Below are positions 9,363-19,304 of a stretch of DNA of 59,646 bases, in pieces. Both the position numbers and the translations under genes were made by a program. Below the pieces are notes generated by a model that had not been told where the DNA came from, searched no databases, and saw only the letters and a program-made list of their open reading frames with translations. The DNA is from Minisyncoccota bacterium. Lineage in GTDB: Bacteria; Patescibacteriota; Minisyncoccia; Phycocordibacterales; PALSA-1337. Location: contig JAVHOW010000001.1 of assembly GCA_036170235.1 (NCBI GenBank), positions 1-59,646 of the forward strand, read 5' to 3'. Positions within the stretch are counted from its first letter, which is position 1; every line of letters starts with the position of its first letter.

Positions 9363-10325
9363 ATGAAACTATTCGCAAAAAAATCATTGGGGCAACATTT
9401 TCTAAACTCCACACATGTGTTGGATCAGATTATTTCTGCCGCGCATATCCAAAAAGGGGAAAGGGTACTTGAAATAGGTCCTGGTACAGGAGTTTTGACT
9501 CGCGCATTACTGAATAGTGGCGCAAATGTGATCGCAATCGAAAAAGATCAGCGTGCGATTGGCATGCTGGAGCAAGATTTTTTTACTGAGATCAAAGAAA
9601 ATAAGTTGAAAATCATTTCTGGCGATGTTTTGGATCCTAATATTCTAAAGTTTAACAACCATTTAGATTTCAGACCTAACGTAAATAATAAAAGTGTTCA
9701 AAATTCTGAAACCTCAAATCTGAAATCTGAAATCTCTGATACTAACTATGCCCTTGTCGCTAACATCCCTTACTACATCACTGGAGCAATCTTAGAAAAA
9801 TTTCTTGAACATGAACCTAGACCTAACCGAATGGTTCTACTTGTTCAAAAAGAAGTAGCAGAGAGAATTGTCGCGCACGACAAAAAAGAAAGCATTTTAT
9901 CTATCTCTGTAAAAGCATTTGGTACACCGAAAATTATTGCGAGGGTTCCACCAGGAGCATTCACGCCACCACCAACAGTTGATTCCGCAATACTTACAAT
10001 TGAAAATATTTCTGATGCACTATTTCTTGAGAAACTTTTCCATAATAATACCTCCGCCATTTCTTCAGCCTTAGTCAATGCAAATTCCACCCCAGCAATC
10101 TCATCAAATTCCTCAAAAAGCATTGATATTCCAAGGGATATCGCGAGGTTTTTTAGCATTGTGAAAGCTGGATTTGCTCACAAAAGAAAATTTGTCACCC
10201 GAAACTTGGAGACTGTTTTGAGTAAAACAGAAATCGAAACTATTTGGAAAAAATTGGAGCTTGACCCAAAAATAAGGGCGGAAGATATGACAGTTGAACA
10301 GTGGGTGAGTGTTGCATCAATGTAA
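9363..10325 (+). CDS. rsmA: 16S rRNA (adenine1518/1519-N6)-dimethyltransferase RsmA/KsgA with low-complexity inserts
   Basis: KSLGQHFL, VLEIGPGTGVLT (SAM site), ANIPYYIT, FTPPPTVDS. Two Asn/Ser-rich insertions make it about 50 aa longer than typical. Confidence 0.9.
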   Translation: MKLFAKKSLGQHFLNSTHVLDQIISAAHIQKGERVLEIGPGTGVLTRALLNSGANVIAIEKDQRAIGMLEQDFFTEIKENKLKIISGDVLDPNILKFNNHLDFRPNVNNKSVQNSETSNLKSEISDTNYALVANIPYYITGAILEKFLEHEPRPNRMVLLVQKEVAERIVAHDKKESILSISVKAFGTPKIIARVPPGAFTPPPTVDSAILTIENISDALFLEKLFHNNTSAISSALVNANSTPAISSNSSKSIDIPRDIARFFSIVKAGFAHKRKFVTRNLETVLSKTEIETIWKKLELDPKIRAEDMTVEQWVSVASM

Positions 10326-10360
10326 GTTATTAACCTTGTATTTTTGCACTTATATAATTA

Positions 10361-11383
10361 CTAAAGCGATGATGAACCTGTCCCCGGAGAAATCATTCCT
10401 TCCGATGGCATAGTTTCACAATACGGACATTCTCCTTCAACGCACTCACCTCCTTGTTGATATTCACCAAGAAGCTCCGTAGTAAAAGGAATATTATATC
10501 CTAGATATATTTGAGACCCAGTCTGATATGTTAATAGACTGACATAAGTTGGTCCAAGTGGCTCAACCCCAATCCACCAATTTTCAGTTTGAGTGCAATA
10601 CATACTAAATAAAAGCGCTCCACCAAACGGAGTTCCCCCTATTGCCATAGCTTTTTTTGGAGAAAATACTTCCTTAAATGGTTTAATAAGATCTGCAAAA
10701 AAATTTTGCACTGGTTGAGGAGACTTTGAAATACTACTCCTAACAACTTCAATAAATTTTCCTTTGAGATCTGTTGTTGTTGCCGCCTGAGTAATAACTA
10801 TTTTTTTAACTGAAGCAATTTTTTCTTTTGATAGCCCCTGTTTTTTACCAACCCTATCTATTGCCGCAAATATAAGGTCTAGATTTTCTTGATTTGGATT
10901 TTTTGTAACTATGTTACCTTGATTCGAAAAACTTGTTTGAACAACTAAGTTTTGTATTTTACTTGCAGACATCAAAGTACTAGTCGAAATTAAGGAACTT
11001 GCCGTTAAATTCACCTCTTTAGCTAACTTATTTAACATTGTTATGGTTGATTGACCAACAAAACCAGTACCAGAAATTAAACTATTAGGCACAAGAATGT
11101 CATATTTATATTTTTCTTGAAAACGAATAACCGCATCACGAGTAAGAATACCAAAATACAAGGTTTCTTGACCAGATGATCCTGGACCACTTGACTGCAC
11201 TTGAGTGTTCGGATCCTTATTAAGGATTTTCTGCAATTCGCGAACATCTTCACCTAACAAACCAACCTTCAGTGTTCTAGTAAACAAAAAACTTGACGCA
11301 TGTGTGATTTGATGTAAAAAAACAATGTTTACAAGTACACAAAGTGCGAGACTTGTCAGTAATATACGAGATGTGGTATTCAC
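10361..11383 (-). CDS. Anchored/secreted protein with peptidoglycan-binding repeat and Cys-rich C-terminus
   Basis: N-terminal hydrophobic helix. LKVGLLGEDVRELQKILN...GILTRDAVIRFQEKY resembles PG_binding_1. C-terminal GGECVEGECPYCE. Divergent from the T4SS-like operon. Confidence 0.6.
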   Translation of the reverse strand: MNTTSRILLTSLALCVLVNIVFLHQITHASSFLFTRTLKVGLLGEDVRELQKILNKDPNTQVQSSGPGSSGQETLYFGILTRDAVIRFQEKYKYDILVPNSLISGTGFVGQSTITMLNKLAKEVNLTASSLISTSTLMSASKIQNLVVQTSFSNQGNIVTKNPNQENLDLIFAAIDRVGKKQGLSKEKIASVKKIVITQAATTTDLKGKFIEVVRSSISKSPQPVQNFFADLIKPFKEVFSPKKAMAIGGTPFGGALLFSMYCTQTENWWIGVEPLGPTYVSLLTYQTGSQIYLGYNIPFTTELLGEYQQGGECVEGECPYCETMPSEGMISPGTGSSSL

Positions 11384-11471
11384 ACAGTCAATTATAGCAC
11401 TATAGTGAGTATGCTGAAAAATACACTATCCCCAGAAACATAAGCAAACATATGCTTATTACTATATAATT

Positions 11472-12368
11472 GTGAACATGCCCTTGTTCTATCCGCACAA
11501 ACAGACCGCGATCATTTTCATAATATGTATCCTGGGTGTTTTGGGCACTATCTGGTATGTAGGAAGAGGAAATGCGCGTAGCCAACAAGCCTCAAATGTT
11601 ATGTCTGGCCAACAAAATACACAAGTAATACAAGTTGGAACTGCTATTGCCACCACAACCGACTGGCAAAAACAATTTTTTGCAAATTCGACCTCAACCA
11701 AACTAAAAAACAGTACGCTGACAACAAACGATCCGAGCACCAATGAACCAGAAACTGTCACGGGTCAATTTGGTAAAAAGTTTTTTGAGCAATACATGTT
11801 ACTCAAGCAAAACAATCTGACAGAAGACCCAACGGCAATAAAAGCTGTTGTTGATCAGAATATTGGTGATATCGTTTCTACTGCTCCACAAGCGCAGGTA
11901 TATGATATAAGAAATGTTTTAATTGCCACAACGGACAACCTTGCGGCTGAACGAACTTACGCAAATACCGTTGGAGAGATTCTTTCTTTATATGACCCAA
12001 AAGGGGACGCGGCAACTATTGCTACCGAGGCATTAGACAAAAATGACACCAGCAGAATCAAAGAAATTGAAGACATCGCCAATTTGTATTCTATAATGCT
12101 CAAAAAACTTTTGGCTGTGCCCGCACCAAAAACAATAAATCAAAATCATCTGGCACTTATCAATGCCGTAAGTTCGATGGTTTTTGTTTCGCAAGGCATG
12201 AGCAAGGTCTTCATAGATCCGTTACAAAGCATAGTTTCTTTGGCGGTATATGAAAAATCTTTAACCTCTCTACAAAATTCATTGCTCGATCTCAAATACA
12301 ATTTTTCACAAAAAGGTATCCAATTTTCAAGTAATGAACCGGGTATTATTTTCACTCTTATAAACTAA
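11472..12368 (+). CDS. Membrane-anchored protein, unknown function (first gene of T4SS-like block)
   Basis: 298-codon ORF, N-terminal TM (AIIFIICILGVLGTIWYV), 1-nt gap to the next ORF. No family recognised. Confidence 0.6.
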   Translation: MNMPLFYPHKQTAIIFIICILGVLGTIWYVGRGNARSQQASNVMSGQQNTQVIQVGTAIATTTDWQKQFFANSTSTKLKNSTLTTNDPSTNEPETVTGQFGKKFFEQYMLLKQNNLTEDPTAIKAVVDQNIGDIVSTAPQAQVYDIRNVLIATTDNLAAERTYANTVGEILSLYDPKGDAATIATEALDKNDTSRIKEIEDIANLYSIMLKKLLAVPAPKTINQNHLALINAVSSMVFVSQGMSKVFIDPLQSIVSLAVYEKSLTSLQNSLLDLKYNFSQKGIQFSSNEPGIIFTLIN

Positions 12369-12369
12369 T

Positions 12370-14061
12370 ATGAAGCAAAACAAAAAGACCATTGCAAAAA
12401 ATATTCTACTAACATTGCTCATAATAAGCATGTCACTATCGTCGATAATGCTGTATCGTCCACAAACTGTGCGAGCACAAGTAGGCACCGTACCGATTGG
12501 TACCATGCTCAACTTTCATACTATAATGAGCCATCTAAAAGACTTTGTTCTTGACAGACTCGCAGTCATGGTCGCCAATCAACTACTCCAAAGAATGACT
12601 GCTAGCATTATTACGTGGATCAATAGCGGTTTTCAGGGTAGCCCCGCGTTTATTACAAACCCGAAAGGCTTTTTTCTTGACGCGGCAGACCAAATCACTG
12701 GGGAGTTTTTAGACAAAGAAGGTGGACCTTTGTCACAATTGTGTACACCTTTTAGTTTTGACATACGATTAAATCTTGCCCTTAATCAGTCAACATACAC
12801 AACCACACGATATAGTTGTACGCTTGGTAGAATTGTCGCTAACAGTCGAAATGCTATAGCTACGGCTGGACAGAATAGTGGTGTAACAATTTCTGGTGAT
12901 CCAAATGGTGCGAATATAGGCAACTTCATAAACGGTGACTTTTCGCAAGGTGGTTGGGCGGGTTTTATTGCCTATTCGACTGAACCACAAAATAATCCAA
13001 TCGGAGCAACTCTTATGGCACAGAGTGATTTGCAAGGTAGGATTAGCCAAAAACACGCAGCTATAAACACCGACTTAAATCGTGGACAAGGATTCATGTC
13101 ATGGCAAAAATGTACCGATGTAACATCTGGTTACACAAGTGGTTTGTATAATGGGGGAGAACTTGGTTTGACGGTTGCACAGGAGCAACAATTGAGAAAA
13201 TTTGGCAATCAGACGGCCGTCACTGGACAAACTACAGATGGAACCCAAATGCCAACAAGCGTACAAAAGAAAGTTGATTCAAAAACTGGCATGGTGTCAT
13301 ACCAAGACTGCCAAACCCAGACGCCTGGTTCGTTGATAGGAGGATCGCTTCAGAGAACACTAAACATTCCGCAAGACAAACTCGTACTTGTTAAAACGAT
13401 TAGTGACAGCGTCGACGCCATATTGGGCGCATTGGTAAATCAAATGCTCGACAAAGGACTTGGTGCATTGAGTAACCGAGGTTCTAGTTCTAGTGGTGGA
13501 AACAAGTCGTACCTTGTACAACTTGTCGAAGAAGCAAGTAGTACGAACGCCGCCAATACGCAAAGTGGTAGAGCTTCAAGCTCAATGGGTGATACTGCAA
13601 AAGACACAGCTTTAATATATTCACAAACTGTTGACTTACTAACTATAAGTAAAAACAACTACTTAAATGCAAAAAATTGCTTCGCAGATAAACTGGCAAC
13701 TAGACCTCTCTTGGAAGCATACTTGAAAAAATACGCCCAGGACCAGATGAATGCGATTGACCTTATCGTCACAAGAGATATTGACCCATTGATTGCCACA
13801 ACTACAACTAAAGAACTAACAAGCCAAAGACAAGCGGCTAGTTTCGATGCTGCAACAGCGGGAGTGACGAGTTTCTCCATGCTTGATACAGCTGTAAATT
13901 CTATAGCAATAATAACTCAATCTGCCCTAAGTGATGCTGCTACATCCCGACAAGAATACAAAGACACCCAAACAAAAACGACCGCGTGGAACACTGACGC
14001 GCAAAGGTTCCAAGGTCTTTGTGATCAGTTTCCAGATTCAGTAAATATACCGAAAAAATAA
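12370..14061 (+). CDS. Secreted/anchored protein, unknown function (T4SS-like block)
   Basis: 563-codon ORF, N-terminal signal/anchor (ILLTLLIISMSLSSIML..VRAQ), tightly coupled to neighbours. No family recognised. Confidence 0.6.
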   Translation: MKQNKKTIAKNILLTLLIISMSLSSIMLYRPQTVRAQVGTVPIGTMLNFHTIMSHLKDFVLDRLAVMVANQLLQRMTASIITWINSGFQGSPAFITNPKGFFLDAADQITGEFLDKEGGPLSQLCTPFSFDIRLNLALNQSTYTTTRYSCTLGRIVANSRNAIATAGQNSGVTISGDPNGANIGNFINGDFSQGGWAGFIAYSTEPQNNPIGATLMAQSDLQGRISQKHAAINTDLNRGQGFMSWQKCTDVTSGYTSGLYNGGELGLTVAQEQQLRKFGNQTAVTGQTTDGTQMPTSVQKKVDSKTGMVSYQDCQTQTPGSLIGGSLQRTLNIPQDKLVLVKTISDSVDAILGALVNQMLDKGLGALSNRGSSSSGGNKSYLVQLVEEASSTNAANTQSGRASSSMGDTAKDTALIYSQTVDLLTISKNNYLNAKNCFADKLATRPLLEAYLKKYAQDQMNAIDLIVTRDIDPLIATTTTKELTSQRQAASFDAATAGVTSFSMLDTAVNSIAIITQSALSDAATSRQEYKDTQTKTTAWNTDAQRFQGLCDQFPDSVNIPKK

Positions 14062-14065
14062 TTAA

Positions 14066-16069
14066 ATGAAAGGTTTCATTAAAAAATACGCTGGAATTAT
14101 TAAGGAGCATGCTATTTTCAAAATAGTATGTTTGCTAGTACTCGTTATCACGTTAATAGGATTATCTGGGCACACAGCTCATGCTGAAATAATCGAAAAG
14201 TTCTTGGGGGTCAGTGGATTTTGGGACTTGGTGGCACAAGGAACTGCGTTTCTGGTCAACACCGCATTATCTGTGGCTTCATGGTTTGTTGCTCTGACTG
14301 GAATGTTGCTCAATGTGTCCATCAATATAACCATGCACATGAAGGATTTTGTGAACAGTACTCCTGCGATATATGATGTTTGGAAAACAATCCGTGATAT
14401 ATCTGGCATGTTCATCATCTTTATACTTCTCTACGCCGCAATACGGATGATTCTAGGGCAAGATGCCAAGTTGGGTAATACTATAAAAAATATAGTAATT
14501 GCTGGTGTTTTGATTAATTTTAGTTTCTTTGTCACTGCACTTCTCATAGATACATCCAATGTTGTATCTCTGCAACTCTACAGAGCAATTACTCCTGGAC
14601 AGCCAGATATTGGTCAACTAATAGCGGCCAATAATAGTACAGGGGCAATGAGTGCTATTGTAGGAAAATTGTTCGACGACGGCGGTTTGTCTGCCATATT
14701 CATGCAATCGCTCCAAATACAAAGTGTTTTTAATCCAAAAAATATCAACCTTGGAGCAAATTCCTCAAATTCAAACGGGGCTACTCCATTCAAAATTATC
14801 CTAATTGGTGTGACTGGTATTGTCATCATGCTAGTTGCTGGTTTGAGCTTCCTTTTCGCATCATTGGCGTTCATTGTGCGCCTAGTGCTCCTCTTGCTAC
14901 TACTTGCATTTTCACCAATCTGGTTTGTGGCTGGCATAATTCCACAACTCAAAGAATACGCGGATGAATGGAAAAAAATACTGATCGGACAGCTCACATT
15001 CATGCCTGCATATTTATTGATGATGTATGCGGCGCTTCTAATACTTACAAAAAGTAATATTTTTAAGAATGGTGCGTCTGGTGGACTATGGCAAGGAAAT
15101 TCAACGACTGGAGTGCCTACCGAATTCGTAACTTTTGCTATCAATGCTGTCTTTATTATAATTATGCTCAACGTTCCTTTGCTTGTTGCAATCAAGCTTG
15201 GTGGAAGTATGGGAGGATTGATGGATATGAAAAAACTAGGAGGAATGTTTGACGCTAAAAAGATTTGGGGGGGTGTAGGCGGATTTGCAGGTAGACACAC
15301 CGCTGGACGCTTTGCATCTGGTCTTGATAAACAACTTGCAAATACTCGCATCGGTAACATGTCACTTGTTCGAGATATAAGAGCTGGTACAACAGGTGCT
15401 CTCGCAAAATCAAAATTTGGCAGTAGTAGATCGTATGAAGATCAAGCAAAAATAAACGAAGATGTTGCTAAACAGAGAGAATTAATACGAACAGGAAATA
15501 CTGAGATGGATAAGAAACGAAAAGCTGGCGAAAGATCAAATGAGCTTAATGCTATTATTGCATCTGGAACTACTGCGCCTAATAAATACCAAGATATTAT
15601 TAAGAAAATGAATGAAAAAGAAAAATTAGCTCTTGGTGGTAAAAACTTGAAGAATATCGAGGTTCTAAAACATTTGAAAAAATCTGACTTTGAGGCTATC
15701 AAGAAATCAGATGATATTAGTGACGAAGACAAGGCTGAGATTGGTACATTGCGATTACAAGCTTTGCGACATACTATAGACCAAGGTCATTCCCAAGAAG
15801 ATTTTGCAGAGCATATGTTAAAAAATATGGAAACTGATGATATTATGAAGCTTGAGAGTTCTTATCTTGAAGATCCACATCTTATCAAACACCTAACAGC
15901 AGGACAACTAAAGAAAATGGCGGATGAAAAATTAAATCCTAATGTAAAAAAGGTAATAGGTGATACGATAACAGATTGGGCAACAAATCCACTTACTGTC
16001 CCAATAAGTGGCGGTGATTTCCATCATGCACTAGGTTTTATTACTAAAAATCGTGCTCAGTGGTCATAA
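14066..16069 (+). CDS. Polytopic inner-membrane protein, VirB6/TrbL-like candidate, with hydrophilic C-terminal domain
   Basis: At least 7 hydrophobic helices in the first about 400 aa, then a charged about 250-aa tail. Position in a cluster with PrgI-like and VirB4 genes. The functional call is by architecture only. Confidence 0.45.
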   Translation: MKGFIKKYAGIIKEHAIFKIVCLLVLVITLIGLSGHTAHAEIIEKFLGVSGFWDLVAQGTAFLVNTALSVASWFVALTGMLLNVSINITMHMKDFVNSTPAIYDVWKTIRDISGMFIIFILLYAAIRMILGQDAKLGNTIKNIVIAGVLINFSFFVTALLIDTSNVVSLQLYRAITPGQPDIGQLIAANNSTGAMSAIVGKLFDDGGLSAIFMQSLQIQSVFNPKNINLGANSSNSNGATPFKIILIGVTGIVIMLVAGLSFLFASLAFIVRLVLLLLLLAFSPIWFVAGIIPQLKEYADEWKKILIGQLTFMPAYLLMMYAALLILTKSNIFKNGASGGLWQGNSTTGVPTEFVTFAINAVFIIIMLNVPLLVAIKLGGSMGGLMDMKKLGGMFDAKKIWGGVGGFAGRHTAGRFASGLDKQLANTRIGNMSLVRDIRAGTTGALAKSKFGSSRSYEDQAKINEDVAKQRELIRTGNTEMDKKRKAGERSNELNAIIASGTTAPNKYQDIIKKMNEKEKLALGGKNLKNIEVLKHLKKSDFEAIKKSDDISDEDKAEIGTLRLQALRHTIDQGHSQEDFAEHMLKNMETDDIMKLESSYLEDPHLIKHLTAGQLKKMADEKLNPNVKKVIGDTITDWATNPLTVPISGGDFHHALGFITKNRAQWS

Positions 16070-16075
16070 ACTTAC

Positions 16076-16753
16076 ATGTCTCAACAACCAAACATATCTC
16101 CTGAAATAAAGAAAATAGCATTATCTGCGGAGCTTTATGATAAGTCTGAAAAAATTGGAAATATTTTTGGATTACATATTGATCAGATAGGCGAACTTGA
16201 TACTGAAATTCGTAGTATATTGATTGGTAAAAAAAACTCGGCTAATTTTATTGTGGATATAATAAAAAATCTTGAAATAAACCGGGAACTTGCTGATAAA
16301 ATCTTAATTGAAGTCAACAAAGAAATATTCTCCACAATCAAATTAAATTTCCAATCGCAAACCGAATCTGATGAATCTGTTGTATCATCAATCGAAAACG
16401 CTGGCAATTTCAGTATAGAAAAAGAGGAAGTTGGAAAAACCAACGGCAATGGAGTAACTTACGCGGACAGAGCCAAAATACTCAATGATCTGGAAAATCC
16501 ACCAGGTCGCAATGCTACAGCGTCAAATTTTTCAACGCCTATAGTTTCAGGGTCAAAAACTGGTTCTGGGACAGCGCCAGAAAACTACACTGAACCATTG
16601 GTTGACTACTTACTCGCAAATCCAATAGCGCAGAGTGAAAAGAAGATAGTTGTTGAAACAAAAGATACTGTGCCACAAGCGAAAATAGCGCCTACAACTC
16701 CTGTGGTGCCCAAAAAACAAGGACCAGATCCATACAGAGAGGCGGTGAAGTGA
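16076..16753 (+). CDS. Hypothetical soluble protein (T4SS-like block)
   Basis: 225-codon ORF 6 nt after the previous stop. No motif recognised. Confidence 0.5.
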   Translation: MSQQPNISPEIKKIALSAELYDKSEKIGNIFGLHIDQIGELDTEIRSILIGKKNSANFIVDIIKNLEINRELADKILIEVNKEIFSTIKLNFQSQTESDESVVSSIENAGNFSIEKEEVGKTNGNGVTYADRAKILNDLENPPGRNATASNFSTPIVSGSKTGSGTAPENYTEPLVDYLLANPIAQSEKKIVVETKDTVPQAKIAPTTPVVPKKQGPDPYREAVK

Positions 16754-16773
16754 ATTGTGGCAAAAACTTGTAC

Positions 16774-17898
16774 TCAAGAGACAAATGTAAAATACGTATC
16801 CTTGTTTATCACTTCAAAACTACTATTGGTGTATGTCTCGAGAAATTGCTTTGGTTTTTTTGTGCGTGCATCACCCCACTTGAATTCATAGGCACGCAGA
16901 CTTCCACCCTCTTCTTCTATATAGTCAATCTCTTTTTGCTCATAAGTTCTCCAGAAAAATATGTTCGGAAATGATCTAGAGTTGTGGTTCTTTTTCATCC
17001 GTTCCAGAATGCAGAAATTTTCCCACAACCCGCCGACATCCGTCCTTTTTGATAATTGGTTTGTGTTGTTGATAATATAATTACGTATCCCCAAATCATA
17101 GAAAAAAACCTTGAAGGTACTGTGCACTTCATTCCGCAGGTTTCTTGAAAGGGCTCTCAATCGGAATATGATAAATGTCTTTTCCAATAAATCAAGATAC
17201 CTTTCTATTGTTTTTGGTGTGGTCTTTAATGTGTTCGCTAGCTCTGTTACTGAAACCTCGTTCCCTAATTGCAGAGCGACAAGTTGCAGAATTTCACTTA
17301 AAATAGCCGGTTTTTTTATATTCTCAAAATCATATATATCTTTATAAAGATAGCTACTAGCAATTATACGTAATTTTTCCTCTGCCTCATCACGTGGTTT
17401 TTCAAAAACATCCGGATACAAACCATATATGAGAATCGACTCCAATTTTTCATATATAGCAATATTATCATTAGTTTGTTTTATCTCTTCAATGGAGAGT
17501 GGGTACAATGTAAATTGAATTGCCCTACCAGTAAGAGGTTCGTTAATTTTGTTTGCTAGTTCAAAACTTGAAGAACCAGTCGCGATAATTTGAATCTCGG
17601 GAAAATTATCAACAAGAATTTTGAGAGTGAGACCAATGTTTTCTATCCTTTGAGCTTCGTCAAGAACAACAACTTTAAAGTTTCCGATGAAGGTCTTTAG
17701 TTTCTCCGGACTAGGTATACTCAAAAACTCTCTGTTATCCAAAAACTCACAGTTTATATATCGCGCATCTTTCCCATATGATTTGATAATCTCTTGGACC
17801 AAGGTTGTTTTTCCAACCTGTCGAGCTCCATACACAACGATCAGTTTACTTTTGAAAAGCCACTTCTCTATTTCTTTTTGAATACTTCTTTTGTACAT
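16774..17898 (-). CDS. AAA+ ATPase with C-terminal DUF4143-type domain
   Basis: Walker A GARQVGKTT, Walker B VVVLDEAQ, length and C-terminal region typical of the widespread 'ATPase, AAA+ superfamily / DUF4143' family. The only opposite-strand gene inside the cluster. Confidence 0.75.
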   Translation of the reverse strand: MYKRSIQKEIEKWLFKSKLIVVYGARQVGKTTLVQEIIKSYGKDARYINCEFLDNREFLSIPSPEKLKTFIGNFKVVVLDEAQRIENIGLTLKILVDNFPEIQIIATGSSSFELANKINEPLTGRAIQFTLYPLSIEEIKQTNDNIAIYEKLESILIYGLYPDVFEKPRDEAEEKLRIIASSYLYKDIYDFENIKKPAILSEILQLVALQLGNEVSVTELANTLKTTPKTIERYLDLLEKTFIIFRLRALSRNLRNEVHSTFKVFFYDLGIRNYIINNTNQLSKRTDVGGLWENFCILERMKKNHNSRSFPNIFFWRTYEQKEIDYIEEEGGSLRAYEFKWGDARTKKPKQFLETYTNSSFEVINKDTYFTFVS

Positions 17899-18140
17899 AA
17901 ATTTGTAATTATACTATTGGGTATCGAGATTATAGCAAAGTCCATACCCAAAGGCAAGTAATTATGCCAAATCTACGTACCTTAGTATAGTATTTACAAA
18001 ATCGTTATTTTCCTATAAAATGGCTACGCTGAATAGTTTAAGAAAAGAATCTGGTTGCGCAAAACCTATAATACTAGGTGCCAGGGTGTCCTACTGAAAA
18101 CAAGACTCTAGCAACTTAATCCACTACGTATTTTATGTGG

Positions 18141-18169
18141 AAAATATCCCGAAAGGGATATTTTTGTTT
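18141..18169 (+). terminator. Strong hairpin terminator (AAAATATCCC-GAAA-GGGATATTTT) plus T-tract
   Basis: Perfect 10-bp stem with GAAA tetraloop followed by TGTTT. Lies in ORF-free DNA, 11 nt upstream of the TATAAT (18180-18185) of the PrgI-like gene. Confidence 0.65.
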
Positions 18170-18192
18170 AAAAGTACGCTATAATAACAAAG

Positions 18193-18627
18193 ATGCGATT
18201 CCAAGTTCCCCAATTCATCGAGGTAGAGGACAAAATATTCGGGCCACTTACCCTGAAGCAGTTCATTTATTTGGCTGGCGGAGGAGGTTTGTCATTCATT
18301 GTTTATGTATTTCTCAACAGCGTAGTGCTAGCTATTGTGCCTATTATCCTGATAATGGCAGTATCGTTCGCTTTTGCTTTCTATAAAATCAATGGTAAGT
18401 CATTTGTCAACATCGTCGAAGCCGCTTTCAAATATTATATTGGTGGAAAACTTTACGTCTGGAAAAAAGAGCAGAACATACGACCACAAAATACAGTAGA
18501 CGCGATGAAAGACGCCAAGAACTACGCTTCGATTATGGTTCCCAAAATATCCGACAGCAAACTGAAAGACTTGAGTTGGAGTTTGGATATCAAAGACAGC
18601 ATCTATTCAAATAAGAAACAAAGGTGA
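18193..18627 (+). CDS. PrgI-family (VirB3-like) small membrane protein
   Basis: MRFQVPQFIEVEDKIFGPLTLKQFIYL start and two adjacent TM helices are the hallmark of PrgI-family T4SS proteins. Immediately upstream of VirB4. Confidence 0.7.
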   Translation: MRFQVPQFIEVEDKIFGPLTLKQFIYLAGGGGLSFIVYVFLNSVVLAIVPIILIMAVSFAFAFYKINGKSFVNIVEAAFKYYIGGKLYVWKKEQNIRPQNTVDAMKDAKNYASIMVPKISDSKLKDLSWSLDIKDSIYSNKKQR

Positions 18628-18641
18628 TACACTATACCTAA

Positions 18642-19283
18642 ATGGCTTCTCCTTTAAAAACAACTCAAGATTTTATCCCTATCCAAGAGATACGTGATGG
18701 CGTCATCATTCTCAAAAATGGCGGCATGCGCGCGGTCATCCTCGCTTCATCTCTCAACTTTGCTCTCAAATCGCAAGACGAACAGAGTTCTATTTTGATG
18801 CAATTCCAAAACTTCGTAAACTCATTGGACTTTTCCATACAAATATTCGTCCAATCAAAAAAACTAGATATACGACCATACATAGCTCTTCTGGAAGATC
18901 GTTACAAAGAACAGACAACCGAACTGATGAAAATACAGGTACGAGAATACATAGAATTCATCAAAACATTCGTGGAGAGCACCAATATCATGTCAAAGAG
19001 CTTCTTCGTTGTCATACCTTATGATCCGCCGATCATTGGGGCTAGCAAAAATCCTCTTTCAAAAATATTTCCTGGAAAAAACGCTGGTCTAAGCGCAAAT
19101 GCGATCGCTGACGCTCAATTCCAAGAATATCGTAGTCAACTCGAACAACGTGTCGCGGTGGTAGAGCAGGGTTTGGTGCGTTGTGGTGTCCGTGCGGCAG
19201 AACTTGGGACCGAAGAAGTGGTAGAATTGTTCTACAAACTGTTCAACCCTGGCGAGACAGAGAAACCGATTCAGATCACCTAG
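18642..19283 (+). CDS. Hypothetical protein resembling the N-terminal domain of Gram-positive VirB4/TraE ATPases
   Basis: TQDFIPIQEIRDGVIILKNGGMRAVILASSLNFALKSQDEQ follows the same pattern as VirB4-class N-termini. No P-loop. Confidence 0.5.
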   Translation: MASPLKTTQDFIPIQEIRDGVIILKNGGMRAVILASSLNFALKSQDEQSSILMQFQNFVNSLDFSIQIFVQSKKLDIRPYIALLEDRYKEQTTELMKIQVREYIEFIKTFVESTNIMSKSFFVVIPYDPPIIGASKNPLSKIFPGKNAGLSANAIADAQFQEYRSQLEQRVAVVEQGLVRCGVRAAELGTEEVVELFYKLFNPGETEKPIQIT

Positions 19284-19304
19284 GCTTAAATTAAATACAA
19301 AATT

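Noticed and set aside
18135-18386. 83-aa ORF upstream of and overlapping the PrgI-like gene.
   Set aside because: It starts inside the terminator hairpin, runs through the promoter, and is out of frame with the well-supported PrgI-like ORF.
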